DNA of 64,000 nucleotides from Clostridia bacterium (GTDB lineage Bacteria; Bacillota; Clostridia; Oscillospirales; SIG627): NCBI GenBank assembly GCA_017467865.1, contig JAFUKG010000032.1, positions 117,681 to 181,680 of the forward strand, read 5' to 3'. Shown piece by piece: positions 32,903 to 41,042 of this stretch (position 1 is its first letter; each line of letters starts with the position of its first letter). The notes under the pieces were generated by a model. It saw only the letters and a program-made list of their open reading frames with translations, ran no database searches and was not told where the DNA came from. The position numbers and the translations under genes were made by a program.

Positions 32903-33748
32903 ATGGTTTATTCAGGCACTTACGTCAATCCCCGCTGCGACAGAAATGCGCCCCTCTCCTTCCACGCTTGCGGAGGAGGACTTTTCGGCAGACATTTCTC
33001 CCACGGTCCGACGGTTCGGGACGAGTATATAATACATTATATCATAAACGGTCAAGGATATCTTGAAACGCCCTACGGCACCTTCCACTATTCCGAGGGT
33101 GATATTTTCTGCATTTACCCGGGGGAGGTCATCAAATACTACACGGGCGGCGTGAGGACTAATATTTGTTTTGTAAATTTTGTGGGAACAGAAGCAGGAA
33201 AAATTTACGAATCAATAGGGATAACCCATGAAAAGCCCGTAGCAAGCGTTAACTCAAATTCCCTTGTCAACGCAATTTATAAGTGTCTTAACTACGGAAT
33301 TGAAACCGAAAATCCATCTGAATGGAGACTGACGTCTTTTCTTTTGGAAATACTCTCCTACATGGAAAGCGACAAAGCCCTTGAAAAAGCCGACCAGAAG
33401 AAGAACTACATAAACCGCGGTATTGCTTTTATGGAATATAACTTCGACTCTCCCATTTCGGTTGAAGGTATTGCGGCGGCAGCAGGAATTGAGAAAAGTT
33501 ACTTCTACAAGATATTTGTAAAGGAAATGGGCATATCACCTATAAAATATCTGACCGACATAAGAATAAACAAAGCCAAAGCCCTGATAAAATCGGGAAT
33601 TCACTTCAAGGCGGTAGCAACCGCTGTGGGAATAAACGATATATACTATTTCAGTAAGCTTTTCACAAAATCCGTGGGCATGACGCCCTCAGAATACCGA
33701 AAGAAAATCAAAAAAGAAATAGAATACGAAGAAAGGCACTCGGAATGA
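32903..33748 (+). CDS. AraC-family transcriptional regulator
   Basis: Start moved to ATG 32903, which follows gaggtga. N-terminal cupin-like sensor and C-terminal double HTH (..YFSKLFTKSVGMTPSEYRKK). Divergent from the GH42-like gene. Confidence 0.85.
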   Translation: MVYSGTYVNPRCDRNAPLSFHACGGGLFGRHFSHGPTVRDEYIIHYIINGQGYLETPYGTFHYSEGDIFCIYPGEVIKYYTGGVRTNICFVNFVGTEAGKIYESIGITHEKPVASVNSNSLVNAIYKCLNYGIETENPSEWRLTSFLLEILSYMESDKALEKADQKKNYINRGIAFMEYNFDSPISVEGIAAAAGIEKSYFYKIFVKEMGISPIKYLTDIRINKAKALIKSGIHFKAVATAVGINDIYYFSKLFTKSVGMTPSEYRKKIKKEIEYEERHSE

Positions 33749-33766
33749 TCCGAGTGCCTTTCTTTA
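33732..33766. terminator. Bidirectional terminator between araC-like and prsA-like genes
   Basis: Stem-loop aaaggcactcgga-atga-tccgagtgccttt; the loop contains the araC-like stop codon. Confidence 0.65.
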
Positions 33767-34795
33767 ATTCAATACGGGCATCGCCTTAATATCAAAGGTG
33801 TTGATTAGGTCGTAGTTTACCGTCACCTCGTTTTTATGATCGGAATAAATCTTTTCGGTTATCTCCTGACACACTGCACTGTAAACGTAGTCATAGTATT
33901 CCTCGAAGGCACCCTCATCCACAGGCATTCTCTTCACTACGTAAACACCGCCGTTGTCGGGGATGATAAGCTTGTATTCGCCAATGTCAAGTGCCATTAC
34001 TTCCTCTTCATAGGAAGCGTCGGAAGTAAAGCCCTGGGCGATGGTCATACCATCGGGGAAAGAGGTAGAAGCTCCGTCCTCGCTGAGCATATAAAGAGTT
34101 TCAAAGGGAATGCCCTCGTCAAGGTCGGCTATAACTTTTTTCGCCTTTTCAAGCTTTTCTGCCTTGCCCTCCTCGGTGAGAGTCACGGTGTTTCCCTCTT
34201 CGTCGGTTGAAGTAACGTCGTTAAAGAACACGTGCTTGACGGTATAGAAATTATTCTTGTAATATTCCAAGAGGTCCTCGTCAGAAACGGCATAAAGTCC
34301 ACCCTCTGAGGTGAGCATTTCAAAGCCCTTGTCATAGTAGAGCGTTTCGTTAAGATGGGCGTGAAGCTCCTCCTCGGTCACGTTCAGCTTGCCGATATAC
34401 TCAAGGAAAGCTTCATTGTCGGTAAAGCCCGACTTCATCTCTTCAAAGTCCTTCTGAAGGCTTTCTTTCTCTTCCTCTGTAACCACCGCACCGTTGTCCT
34501 TGGCGTATTCTACTACCCATACGAATTGAGTCATATCCTCAACTACCATTCTCATAAGGGAGTCTGCCACGCTTTCGTTGCCCCCCGAGGGAGAATCCTG
34601 AGTCCATATGGAGGCGCTGTCCTCTGTAAGACCAAGATATCCTTGAAGGAAATCGTTTTTATAGGTTACCGCCTGAGCGTAAAATGAGCCCGGTGAAAGA
34701 CTGGTGTCGCCGCAGGAAAGAGACCACGCATCGTCATTGGAAGCACAAGACGTAAAAACAAAAATAAAGAGAAGGGCGAGAATTATCTTTTTCAT
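33764..34795 (-). CDS. PrsA/SurA-like lipoprotein (parvulin-type PPIase-like foldase), copy 2
   Basis: 343 aa with lipobox FTSC. The C-terminal segment KNNFYTVKHVFF...GGVYVVKRMP is parvulin-like and paralogous to 34808..35848. Confidence 0.6.
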   Translation of the reverse strand: MKKIILALLFIFVFTSCASNDDAWSLSCGDTSLSPGSFYAQAVTYKNDFLQGYLGLTEDSASIWTQDSPSGGNESVADSLMRMVVEDMTQFVWVVEYAKDNGAVVTEEEKESLQKDFEEMKSGFTDNEAFLEYIGKLNVTEEELHAHLNETLYYDKGFEMLTSEGGLYAVSDEDLLEYYKNNFYTVKHVFFNDVTSTDEEGNTVTLTEEGKAEKLEKAKKVIADLDEGIPFETLYMLSEDGASTSFPDGMTIAQGFTSDASYEEEVMALDIGEYKLIIPDNGGVYVVKRMPVDEGAFEEYYDYVYSAVCQEITEKIYSDHKNEVTVNYDLINTFDIKAMPVLN

Positions 34796-34807
34796 TACTT
34801 TTCTCCT

Positions 34808-35848
34808 TTAAGAAACAACGGGCACCATCGCCATATTGTAGTTGTCGATAATATCCTGATTCATAATAAAGTTATCGTAGTTTTCAATAACTGTTTCTGC
34901 CATATCCACCTGCACAAGAGTGGTGAGAATGTTATTGGCGCAGTTTGTGAAGTCCGATTCAAGGAGAGGTACACGCTTGATTATATAAAGGCTTGTGCCC
35001 TCAAGCTCGAAGGTATCCCACTCCCCTTCCGCAAGAGCGAAGGCAACGTTTTCGTAGCCCTGCATACTTGTGTCAAGGACTCCCTTTGTTATGGTGTAGC
35101 CGTCGGGGTAGGTTTCATGGCTTTTATCCTCGCTGAGAGAATAGAACTTGTCGAAGTCCTCGCCGTTTTCAAGGGCTGTGGTTATGGAGTCGATAAGCTC
35201 GCGCTTTTCCTTCTTCTCCTCTTCGGTGTAATAAACGAAATTTCCGTCCTCGTCGGTGCCTGCATACTCGGTGCCGATAGCGATGTGCTTCACGGTGACG
35301 AAGTTATTCTTGTAGTACTCCATCATATCCTCTCTCGTGATAGCATAATCGCCGTTTTCGGAGTAGGCAAGGGTGATGCCCTTGTTATAAAGGGCGTAAA
35401 GCTCAAGATAGTCGCGGTACATATCAAGGTTTATGGTGTAGGTTTCAAGATATTTGTTTACCGCCGACTTTGAACCCATCTCGCTTATAATATCATCAAT
35501 TGCGGTGTCGATGGTCTTTTTATCTTCACTTGTCAGCTCGCCCCCGTTTTTCATAGCGTAATCAGCGAAGAAAAGAACGGTGGCAATATTCATCTGACAC
35601 TGTGCGTATGCGTAATCGCCAAAGGTTACGTTCTCACCAATCTCACTTGCCCAAAGGGCAGGCACGTCGGTGGTCGCCCCCGAATACTCCTGCAAAAGCT
35701 GAGTCTTCATCATGGCAAGCTCGTAAAAATACAGGTTCTCGTTCATTACTGCATCGCCGTATGCGAACACCGTCTCGCTCTTCACCGAAGAGCAAGAGGA
35801 AAGTGTTAATACAAGAACTAACAGTAAAGCTAAAAATCTCTTGTTCAT
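34808..35848 (-). CDS. PrsA/SurA-like lipoprotein (parvulin-type PPIase-like foldase), copy 1
   Basis: 346 aa with lipobox LSSC. Contains KNNFVTVKHIAI...TSLYIIKRVP. Lies directly downstream of mfd. Confidence 0.6.
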   Translation of the reverse strand: MNKRFLALLLVLVLTLSSCSSVKSETVFAYGDAVMNENLYFYELAMMKTQLLQEYSGATTDVPALWASEIGENVTFGDYAYAQCQMNIATVLFFADYAMKNGGELTSEDKKTIDTAIDDIISEMGSKSAVNKYLETYTINLDMYRDYLELYALYNKGITLAYSENGDYAITREDMMEYYKNNFVTVKHIAIGTEYAGTDEDGNFVYYTEEEKKEKRELIDSITTALENGEDFDKFYSLSEDKSHETYPDGYTITKGVLDTSMQGYENVAFALAEGEWDTFELEGTSLYIIKRVPLLESDFTNCANNILTTLVQVDMAETVIENYDNFIMNQDIIDNYNMAMVPVVS

Positions 35849-35905
35849 TTCATATCCTCTTTTTTGCGTTTTATTAATTATACAACCTATTTATGAATAT
35901 TTCAA

Positions 35906-38900
35906 TCATTTTTCACTTTCCTCAAAGCGTCTTATTATCTCTTCAAAGCCGTCGGTGAATATTTCAAGGTCTACAAGGGTATTTTTCTTATCGGTCTTTA
36001 AGACGAAATAGGGCTTTGCGGAAGAGCGGAAGGTGAGCTTATTATTCTGATAGAACATACAAAGAGCTTCGGCAGGCTTCAAGTGTGTCAGGTCGGTATA
36101 GATATAAACCGCCTCTCCGTTTTGAACGGTCTTTAAAACGCCAAGCTTCCTCAGTCTCTTTCTCAGCCTTGATATTGCCACAAGATTTGTCACGCTCTTT
36201 GAGGGCTCGCCGAAGCGGTCAATGAGCTCGTCGATAAGCTCGGAGACGTCATCCTCGCTTTCAAGCTCTGCTATCTTCTTGTAAATATCAATTCTCAGCT
36301 TCTCGCTTGTGACGTAGCTTTTGGGAATATAGGCGTCAAGAGATAAGTCGATAAGGGTGTCGGCTTCCTCTACGCTTTCCTCTACCGTCTCCCCTCTTTC
36401 AAGCTTCATTGCCTCGTCAAGCATTCTGATATAAAGGTCGTAGCCCACGCTGTCCATATGTCCGTGCTGCTCCGAGCCCAGAACGTTTCCTGCACCTCTT
36501 ATTTCGAGGTCACGCATAGCTATCTTGAAGCCCGAGCCGAACTCGGTGTATTCTTTAATGGCGGAAAGTCTCTTTTCGGCAACCTCGGTGAGTACCTTGT
36601 GAGGTCGGTAGGTAAGATACGCCCACGCCTTTCGGTTGCTTCGTCCCACACGTCCTCTTATCTGATGAAGCTGACTTAGTCCGTAGTGGTCGGCATTCTC
36701 GATAATAAGGGTGTTGGCGTTAGGTACGTCGATACCCGTCTCGATAATGGTGGTGCACACAAGAACGTCTATTTTTCCGTCGTACATATCACGCCATATC
36801 TCGGAAAGCTCATCACGGTCAAGGTGTCCGTGGGCGGTGGCAACAGTTACGCCGTCAACGTTGTCCATTATCCTTTTCGCTCTTCCGTCGAGAAGCTCGG
36901 TGTTATTGATAAGATAGAACACCTGTCCACCACGCCTTACCTCACGGCGAATGGCTTCATAAATCGTGGCTTCGTCAAATTCAAGAACGTAGGTCTGTAC
37001 GGGGAAGCGGTCACCGGGGGCTTCTTCGAGAAGTGACATATCCCTGATACCGCTGAGAGCCATATTGAGAGTTCTGGGAATAGGCGTTGCGGTAAGGGTA
37101 AGCACGTCCACTCCCTTTGCCATTTCCTTAAGCTTTTCTTTGTGTGTTACGCCAAAGCGTTGCTCCTCGTCAACCACAAGGAAGCCGAGACGCTTGAACT
37201 CCACGTCCTTTTGTAAAAGGCGGTGAGTACCTACCACTATATCAACGCTTCCGTTCTTCACGCCCTCAAGGGCTTTTTTTATCTCCTTGGGGGTAGAAAA
37301 GCGCGAAAGAAGAGCCACGTTTACGGGGAAGCCTCTGAAACGGGTCAGAATGGTGTTGTAGTGCTGCCATGCAAGAACTGTTGTGGGGGCAAGGACTGCC
37401 GCTTGCATGGAGTCCATAACGCACTTGAAGAGTCCTCTCAGCGCCACCTCGGTTTTACCGAAGCCTACGTCACCGCAAAGGAGTCTGTCCATGGGCACTT
37501 CGCTTTCCATGTCACGCTTTATCTCCTCTACCGCCATAAGCTGTCCATCGGTTTCGTCGTACTCAAAGGCACCCTCGAACTCTGCCTGCCAAGGGGTATC
37601 GGGAGAAAAGGCATGTCCCTTTATTGAACGGCGGGCGGAGTAGAGCTTTATAAGCTCCTTGGCAATGTCGCTTGCCGCCGATTTTGCACGGCTCTTCGCC
37701 TTTTTCCACTCGGCAGAGCCAAGGCGGTTAAGCTTGACAGAGCCCTCTGCTCCCCCTCCGATATACTTTGAGATAGAGTCAAGATTGTTGCAGGGCAGAT
37801 ACAAGACGTCGTCTCCCCCATACTTTATGACAAGATAGTCCTTTTGTACGTTATCGACTATCATACTCTTTATGCCTTGATAGATACCTATTCCGTGGTT
37901 TACGTGCACTACGTAGTCCCCAACCTCAAGGTCGTTATATGACATTATGCGCTCCTTTGAGGAGCTCTTATATTTTACTCTGTGGCGTCTTGAAGCGCGT
38001 CTCTCCTCGTCACCGGGACGGTCAGTCAGAAGGACGAAATTGCTCTTTACAAGCTCGAAGCCCTCCTTCAAGGTAACTGCAGTCTTATCACCCGTCATAA
38101 CCGACACTACCGCAACACTGCCCTCTACCTCTTCGCCGTCTATTTCAGAAAGGTGTGCCTTAATACCTCTTGCGTTCAAGGAGTCGATAAGGTTATTCGA
38201 TGATATGGAGTTTGCGCTGAGAATTACAACGCTGTATCCGCGGGAGACAAAATGCTCCACGTCATCGAAAAACAGGTCGGCGTTCTGTGCCATAGAAACT
38301 GTTTTTCTTGTAACAAAGGAGAAAATATCGTTGTATCTTATGCTCTCGCCCGTAGTAAAGCTGTTAAAGACGAGAGTGGTGTTATTCTCGGTTATTTCTT
38401 CAAGGTAGTCCCAGCCGTTCTGCCCCATAGAACCTCCCATAGCCCAAAGCTCGGGACGGCTCTCTAAAAGTCCCTCAACGGTTTCCTCCAAAAGTGACAT
38501 AACGCCGTTCATACGTTCCTTTATTTTGTGGGAGTCGAAAAGGCAGAGAGTTGTATCCTTGTCAAGATAGTCGTAGGCGGTCTCGCATTCGGGGTAGATT
38601 ACGTCGGTGTACACCTCAAACTCTACCGCCCCCGTGCTCATGAGCTTTTCTCTTTCGCGCAGAAGTGCTTGTTTTACCTCTTCCCTCTTCTCGCGCTTTG
38701 AGCGTTCAAGGAAAATTTCGGCAAGTTCATTCTTCTTCACCTCATCGGCGTATATCTCAAAGGCAGGGAGAACTCTCACCGATGCGAGAGTGTCAATTCT
38801 CCTTTGGGTCATTATATCAAAGGCGGAAACCGAGTCTATCTCGTCTCCGAAAAATTCTATTCTCACGGGGTAGTCAAGCTGAGTGGGGTATACGTCAACG

Positions 38901-39430
38901 ATACCGCCCCTCTTTGAAAACTGTCCCTTTCCGTCAACCAGCTCACATCTTTTATAGCCCATATCAGAAAGCTTCTTTGAAAGAATTTCAATATCGGTAA
39001 AGTCCCCCGACTTTATTTCAAGGCGGGAAGAGATAAGTGTATCACGGGGCACGGTGGTCTGACAAAATGCCTCGGCGGTGGTGGCGAGAATATCCCACTC
39101 ACCGTCGGCTATCTGAGAGAGCGCCGACAGTCTCAGATAATCGAAATCGTGTCCTCTGGCGTCTACCTTCCCGAAAAAGAAGTCACGGGATGGCAGAGTA
39201 AGACACCTTACCCCAAAGCTCTGAAGCTCTCCCGACAAGGATATGGCATCCTTTTCATCTGGGAAAATTGCCACTATCTTTCTTTTCGTATCTTTAAAAA
39301 GAGAGGCAACACTAAGAGCGTAAAGACTGTCGGAAATGCCCGTTACAAGGTATCTCCCGCCCTTCGTTGCACTTTCAGCCAGCTTTTTATATTCACTTTC
39401 TTTTCTTAATGCACTCAGTAAAATATTCAT
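35906..39430 (-). CDS. mfd: Transcription-repair coupling factor
   Basis: 1174 aa. CarD-like RNAP-interacting domain (..VGDYVVHVNHGIGIYQG..), helicase motifs GDVGFGKTE and DEEQRFG, and a TRCF C-terminal domain. Confidence 0.95.
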   Translation of the reverse strand: MNILLSALRKESEYKKLAESATKGGRYLVTGISDSLYALSVASLFKDTKRKIVAIFPDEKDAISLSGELQSFGVRCLTLPSRDFFFGKVDARGHDFDYLRLSALSQIADGEWDILATTAEAFCQTTVPRDTLISSRLEIKSGDFTDIEILSKKLSDMGYKRCELVDGKGQFSKRGGIVDVYPTQLDYPVRIEFFGDEIDSVSAFDIMTQRRIDTLASVRVLPAFEIYADEVKKNELAEIFLERSKREKREEVKQALLREREKLMSTGAVEFEVYTDVIYPECETAYDYLDKDTTLCLFDSHKIKERMNGVMSLLEETVEGLLESRPELWAMGGSMGQNGWDYLEEITENNTTLVFNSFTTGESIRYNDIFSFVTRKTVSMAQNADLFFDDVEHFVSRGYSVVILSANSISSNNLIDSLNARGIKAHLSEIDGEEVEGSVAVVSVMTGDKTAVTLKEGFELVKSNFVLLTDRPGDEERRASRRHRVKYKSSSKERIMSYNDLEVGDYVVHVNHGIGIYQGIKSMIVDNVQKDYLVIKYGGDDVLYLPCNNLDSISKYIGGGAEGSVKLNRLGSAEWKKAKSRAKSAASDIAKELIKLYSARRSIKGHAFSPDTPWQAEFEGAFEYDETDGQLMAVEEIKRDMESEVPMDRLLCGDVGFGKTEVALRGLFKCVMDSMQAAVLAPTTVLAWQHYNTILTRFRGFPVNVALLSRFSTPKEIKKALEGVKNGSVDIVVGTHRLLQKDVEFKRLGFLVVDEEQRFGVTHKEKLKEMAKGVDVLTLTATPIPRTLNMALSGIRDMSLLEEAPGDRFPVQTYVLEFDEATIYEAIRREVRRGGQVFYLINNTELLDGRAKRIMDNVDGVTVATAHGHLDRDELSEIWRDMYDGKIDVLVCTTIIETGIDVPNANTLIIENADHYGLSQLHQIRGRVGRSNRKAWAYLTYRPHKVLTEVAEKRLSAIKEYTEFGSGFKIAMRDLEIRGAGNVLGSEQHGHMDSVGYDLYIRMLDEAMKLERGETVEESVEEADTLIDLSLDAYIPKSYVTSEKLRIDIYKKIAELESEDDVSELIDELIDRFGEPSKSVTNLVAISRLRKRLRKLGVLKTVQNGEAVYIYTDLTHLKPAEALCMFYQNNKLTFRSSAKPYFVLKTDKKNTLVDLEIFTDGFEEIIRRFEESEK

Positions 39431-39454
39431 TCCTACTCCAACTCTGCAAACGCC

Positions 39455-39479
39455 AAAAAGGACAAGTTTTGCTTGTCCT
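39455..39479 (-). promoter_or_regulatory. Terminator-like hairpin in the mfd leader (possible attenuator, or terminator of the upstream SLOG gene)
   Basis: On the - strand: aggacaag-caaaa-cttgtcct followed by ttttt, ending about 25 nt before the mfd ATG. Confidence 0.45.
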
Positions 39480-39491
39480 AAGTTTTTTGTT

Positions 39492-39520
39492 ATTTTAGCA
39501 TAAATTTATATTTTATTCAA
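39492..39520 (-). promoter_or_regulatory. Candidate mfd promoter with an extended -10
   Basis: On the - strand: TTGAAT (39515..39520), 17-nt spacer, TG-c-TAAAAT (39492..39497). Confidence 0.4.
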
Positions 39521-39545
39521 GTAACTTGAGAGAAAACTTTTTTAT

Positions 39546-40028
39546 TTAAAATAAATTTATTACCTTCAGCTTTTTGTAGAGCGCATAAAGATAAGCCGTT
39601 GCCGTTCCGCTGACGGTTTTCTTTGTCGGTGTGTAGTGTTCGTCATAAAATACTATGCAAAAATTACTTTTGTCTATCATTTCCCGATTTCGTTCTACGT
39701 AAACTGCCTTTCCCGAATTTAAGATTTTTTCGGGATAATATGTAAAATCGTACTTTTTCATAAGATACGCCGTGTAGCTTTCGTTAATATATGGAAATTC
39801 CGCCCTCACGTAAATTCTTTTTACGTGAGGATATTTTTCTTTTAAAAGAGTTACCGTTTCAAGAGATAATTTATCGAAATCACTTCTGCTGCCAAACAGA
39901 AAGGTGTCCACTCCGCTTTTTAAAATCAGCTCTTCAACCGCCTCCAAAAGCCTCTTTTTCAACCCCTCTGTAACTTCAATTTTTCTGTGACCGAAAAACG
40001 AGCAGGTCTTTTCCTTTATTATTTCCAT
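39546..40028 (-). CDS. SLOG-family protein (DUF1273, YpsA-like)
   Basis: Start moved to ATG 40028, which follows aggaga. The N-terminus MEIIKEKTCSFFGHRK is typical of DUF1273. 160 aa. Confidence 0.6.
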   Translation of the reverse strand: MEIIKEKTCSFFGHRKIEVTEGLKKRLLEAVEELILKSGVDTFLFGSRSDFDKLSLETVTLLKEKYPHVKRIYVRAEFPYINESYTAYLMKKYDFTYYPEKILNSGKAVYVERNREMIDKSNFCIVFYDEHYTPTKKTVSGTATAYLYALYKKLKVINLF

Positions 40029-40164
40029 AACTTCTCCTACTTTTAAAGTCGCATTTTTCACATTATACAACAAATCAACTTGTATTGCAACACCTTTAAG
40101 ACTTCTAATCTTGTATTATAAGACGTTCTCTAAGGTAGAATATTGTAAAGGCGGTGATAATATA

Positions 40165-40476
40165 GTGGAAAAAGAAAAAGTAGGACTTCGCTTGGCAACA
40201 CTTAGAACAAAGAAAAACGTATCTGCAAGAGAGATGAGTTTGTCAATCGGTCAAAACGAAAACTATATTAACCATATTGAAACGGGCGGGGCGCTGCCCT
40301 CTTTGTCGGGTCTCTTTTATATCTGTGACTATCTTGGAATAACCCCTTGTGAATTTTTCGACACCGACAGTACAAATCCATCGAGATTAAAAAAGATAAC
40401 CGAATATATGAAAAAGCTCGACGATAAACAGCTTGAAATAGTAGAGAATTTGATTAAGAATATGGCAGAAAAATAA
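40165..40476 (+). CDS. XRE-family helix-turn-helix transcriptional regulator
   Basis: HTH segment LATLRTKKNVSAREMSLSIGQNENYINHIETG. I prefer the GTG at 40165 over the ORF-track TTG at 40111; the start is uncertain. Confidence 0.7.
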   Translation: MEKEKVGLRLATLRTKKNVSAREMSLSIGQNENYINHIETGGALPSLSGLFYICDYLGITPCEFFDTDSTNPSRLKKITEYMKKLDDKQLEIVENLIKNMAEK

Positions 40477-40497
40477 AGCACCGCTTGGTGCTTTATT
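40476..40497 (+). terminator. Terminator after the XRE gene
   Basis: Stem-loop aaagcacc-gctt-ggtgcttt followed by attt. Confidence 0.55.
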
Positions 40498-40526
40498 TAA
40501 TGAAGAATGATGAGTGAAGAATTATG

Positions 40527-40564
40527 AATTGTGGACAATTTCGGCTTTGCCGAAATTCACAATT
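40527..40564. repeat. Compound hairpin; member 2 of the dispersed repeat family (inverted relative to member 1)
   Basis: aattgtg-gac-aatttcgg-ctttg-ccgaaatt-cacaatt. The reverse complement of the left flank (aaattgtccacaattcataattc) matches 22994..23016. Confidence 0.65.
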
Positions 40565-40595
40565 AATTATAATTTTTCTTCCGAAAAAAATTCTC

Positions 40596-40623
40596 TTGCT
40601 TTTTTCAAAATCCGTGTTATAAT
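40596..40623 (+). promoter_or_regulatory. Promoter of a candidate small RNA
   Basis: TTGCTT (40596..40601), 16-nt spacer, TG-t-TATAAT (40618..40623). Confidence 0.45.
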
Positions 40624-40629
40624 AGATAT

Positions 40630-40717
40630 AGAAAAAGGCTACCGGCAACGGTTCAGCCCTTGGTATCAGTTAATAAAAAATAACCGCAACCTTTGGACCG
40701 GGGCGGTTATTTTTTTA
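40630..40717 (+). ncRNA. Candidate sRNA of about 90 nt, convergent with and overlapping the 3' end of the small ORF (antitoxin-like)
   Basis: Bounded by the promoter above and the terminator ataaccgc...gcggttat-ttttttt (40680..40717). Has a 5' hairpin ggct-accg-GCAA-cggt-tc-agcc (40637..40658). No convincing coding potential. Confidence 0.35.
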
Positions 40718-40778
40718 TGCTTACAATATATCCTGTCGCTGCGATAAGTATTAACGCAAGGGCGATAAAATAATCCAT
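40707..40778 (-). CDS. Hypothetical 23-aa hydrophobic peptide MDYFIALALILIAATGYIVSIKK (type I toxin-like)
   Basis: Hand-translated, because it is too short for the ORF track. SD aagggggtga lies 4 nt before the ATG. Own promoter and leader. The stop codon lies inside a bidirectional terminator. Confidence 0.4.
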   Translation of the reverse strand: MDYFIALALILIAATGYIVSIKK

Positions 40779-40793
40779 AGCATCACCCCCTTA

Positions 40794-40853
40794 AAAAATA
40801 AGAGGGCACACGCCCTCTCATTTGAGGGCTGAACCGCCGCCGTTTATGGTAGC
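40794..40853 (-). promoter_or_regulatory. Structured 5' leader of the small ORF, with alternative anti-terminator and terminator pairings
   Basis: On the - strand: a 5' hairpin ggctacc...ggttcagcc, then gccctc-aaatga-gagggc-gtgt-gccctc-ttatttttt. The middle gagggc can pair with either flanking gccctc, and the second pairing forms a terminator just before the SD. Confidence 0.4.
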
Positions 40854-40860
40854 CGTGGGT

Positions 40861-40889
40861 ATTATAGCATAATGTGTCGGAATTTGCAA
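40861..40889 (-). promoter_or_regulatory. Promoter of the small-ORF transcript
   Basis: On the - strand: TTGCAA (40884..40889), 17-nt spacer, TG-c-TATAAT (40861..40866). Confidence 0.5.
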
Positions 40890-40905
40890 TAAGCTTTGCT
40901 GACGC

Positions 40906-40995
40906 AAACGATGCTGTGCAAAACACAAATGATGTTCTCCGAAATGATGTTGCCTTACGGCAAATGATGTTTCACTTCGTGAAAATTATTGTTGA
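40906..40995. repeat. Iteron-like array of AAA(T/C)GATG(T/C)T boxes, each followed by a 4-nt-loop mini-hairpin
   Basis: Boxes start at about 40906, 40927, 40942 and 40962, with a degenerate box at 40983. Spacings are 21, 15, 20 and 21 nt. The array lies just upstream of the -35 of the small-ORF promoter. Confidence 0.55.
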
Positions 40996-41042
40996 TTTTG
41001 CTAAAGCAAAATCTTCATTAATTTTTAATTTCTAAGAAACAT

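Noticed and set aside
40514-40747. 77-aa ORF in the long non-coding stretch after the XRE gene
   Set aside because: It reads through a repeat hairpin, a promoter, an sRNA-like hairpin and a terminator. It has a GTG start without an SD. The region is better explained by RNA and repeat elements.
40906-41012. Possible CRISPR array (also considered for 22944..23064)
   Set aside because: The repeats are only about 10-20 nt, irregularly spaced and degenerate. There are no spacers of uniform length and no cas genes in the window.
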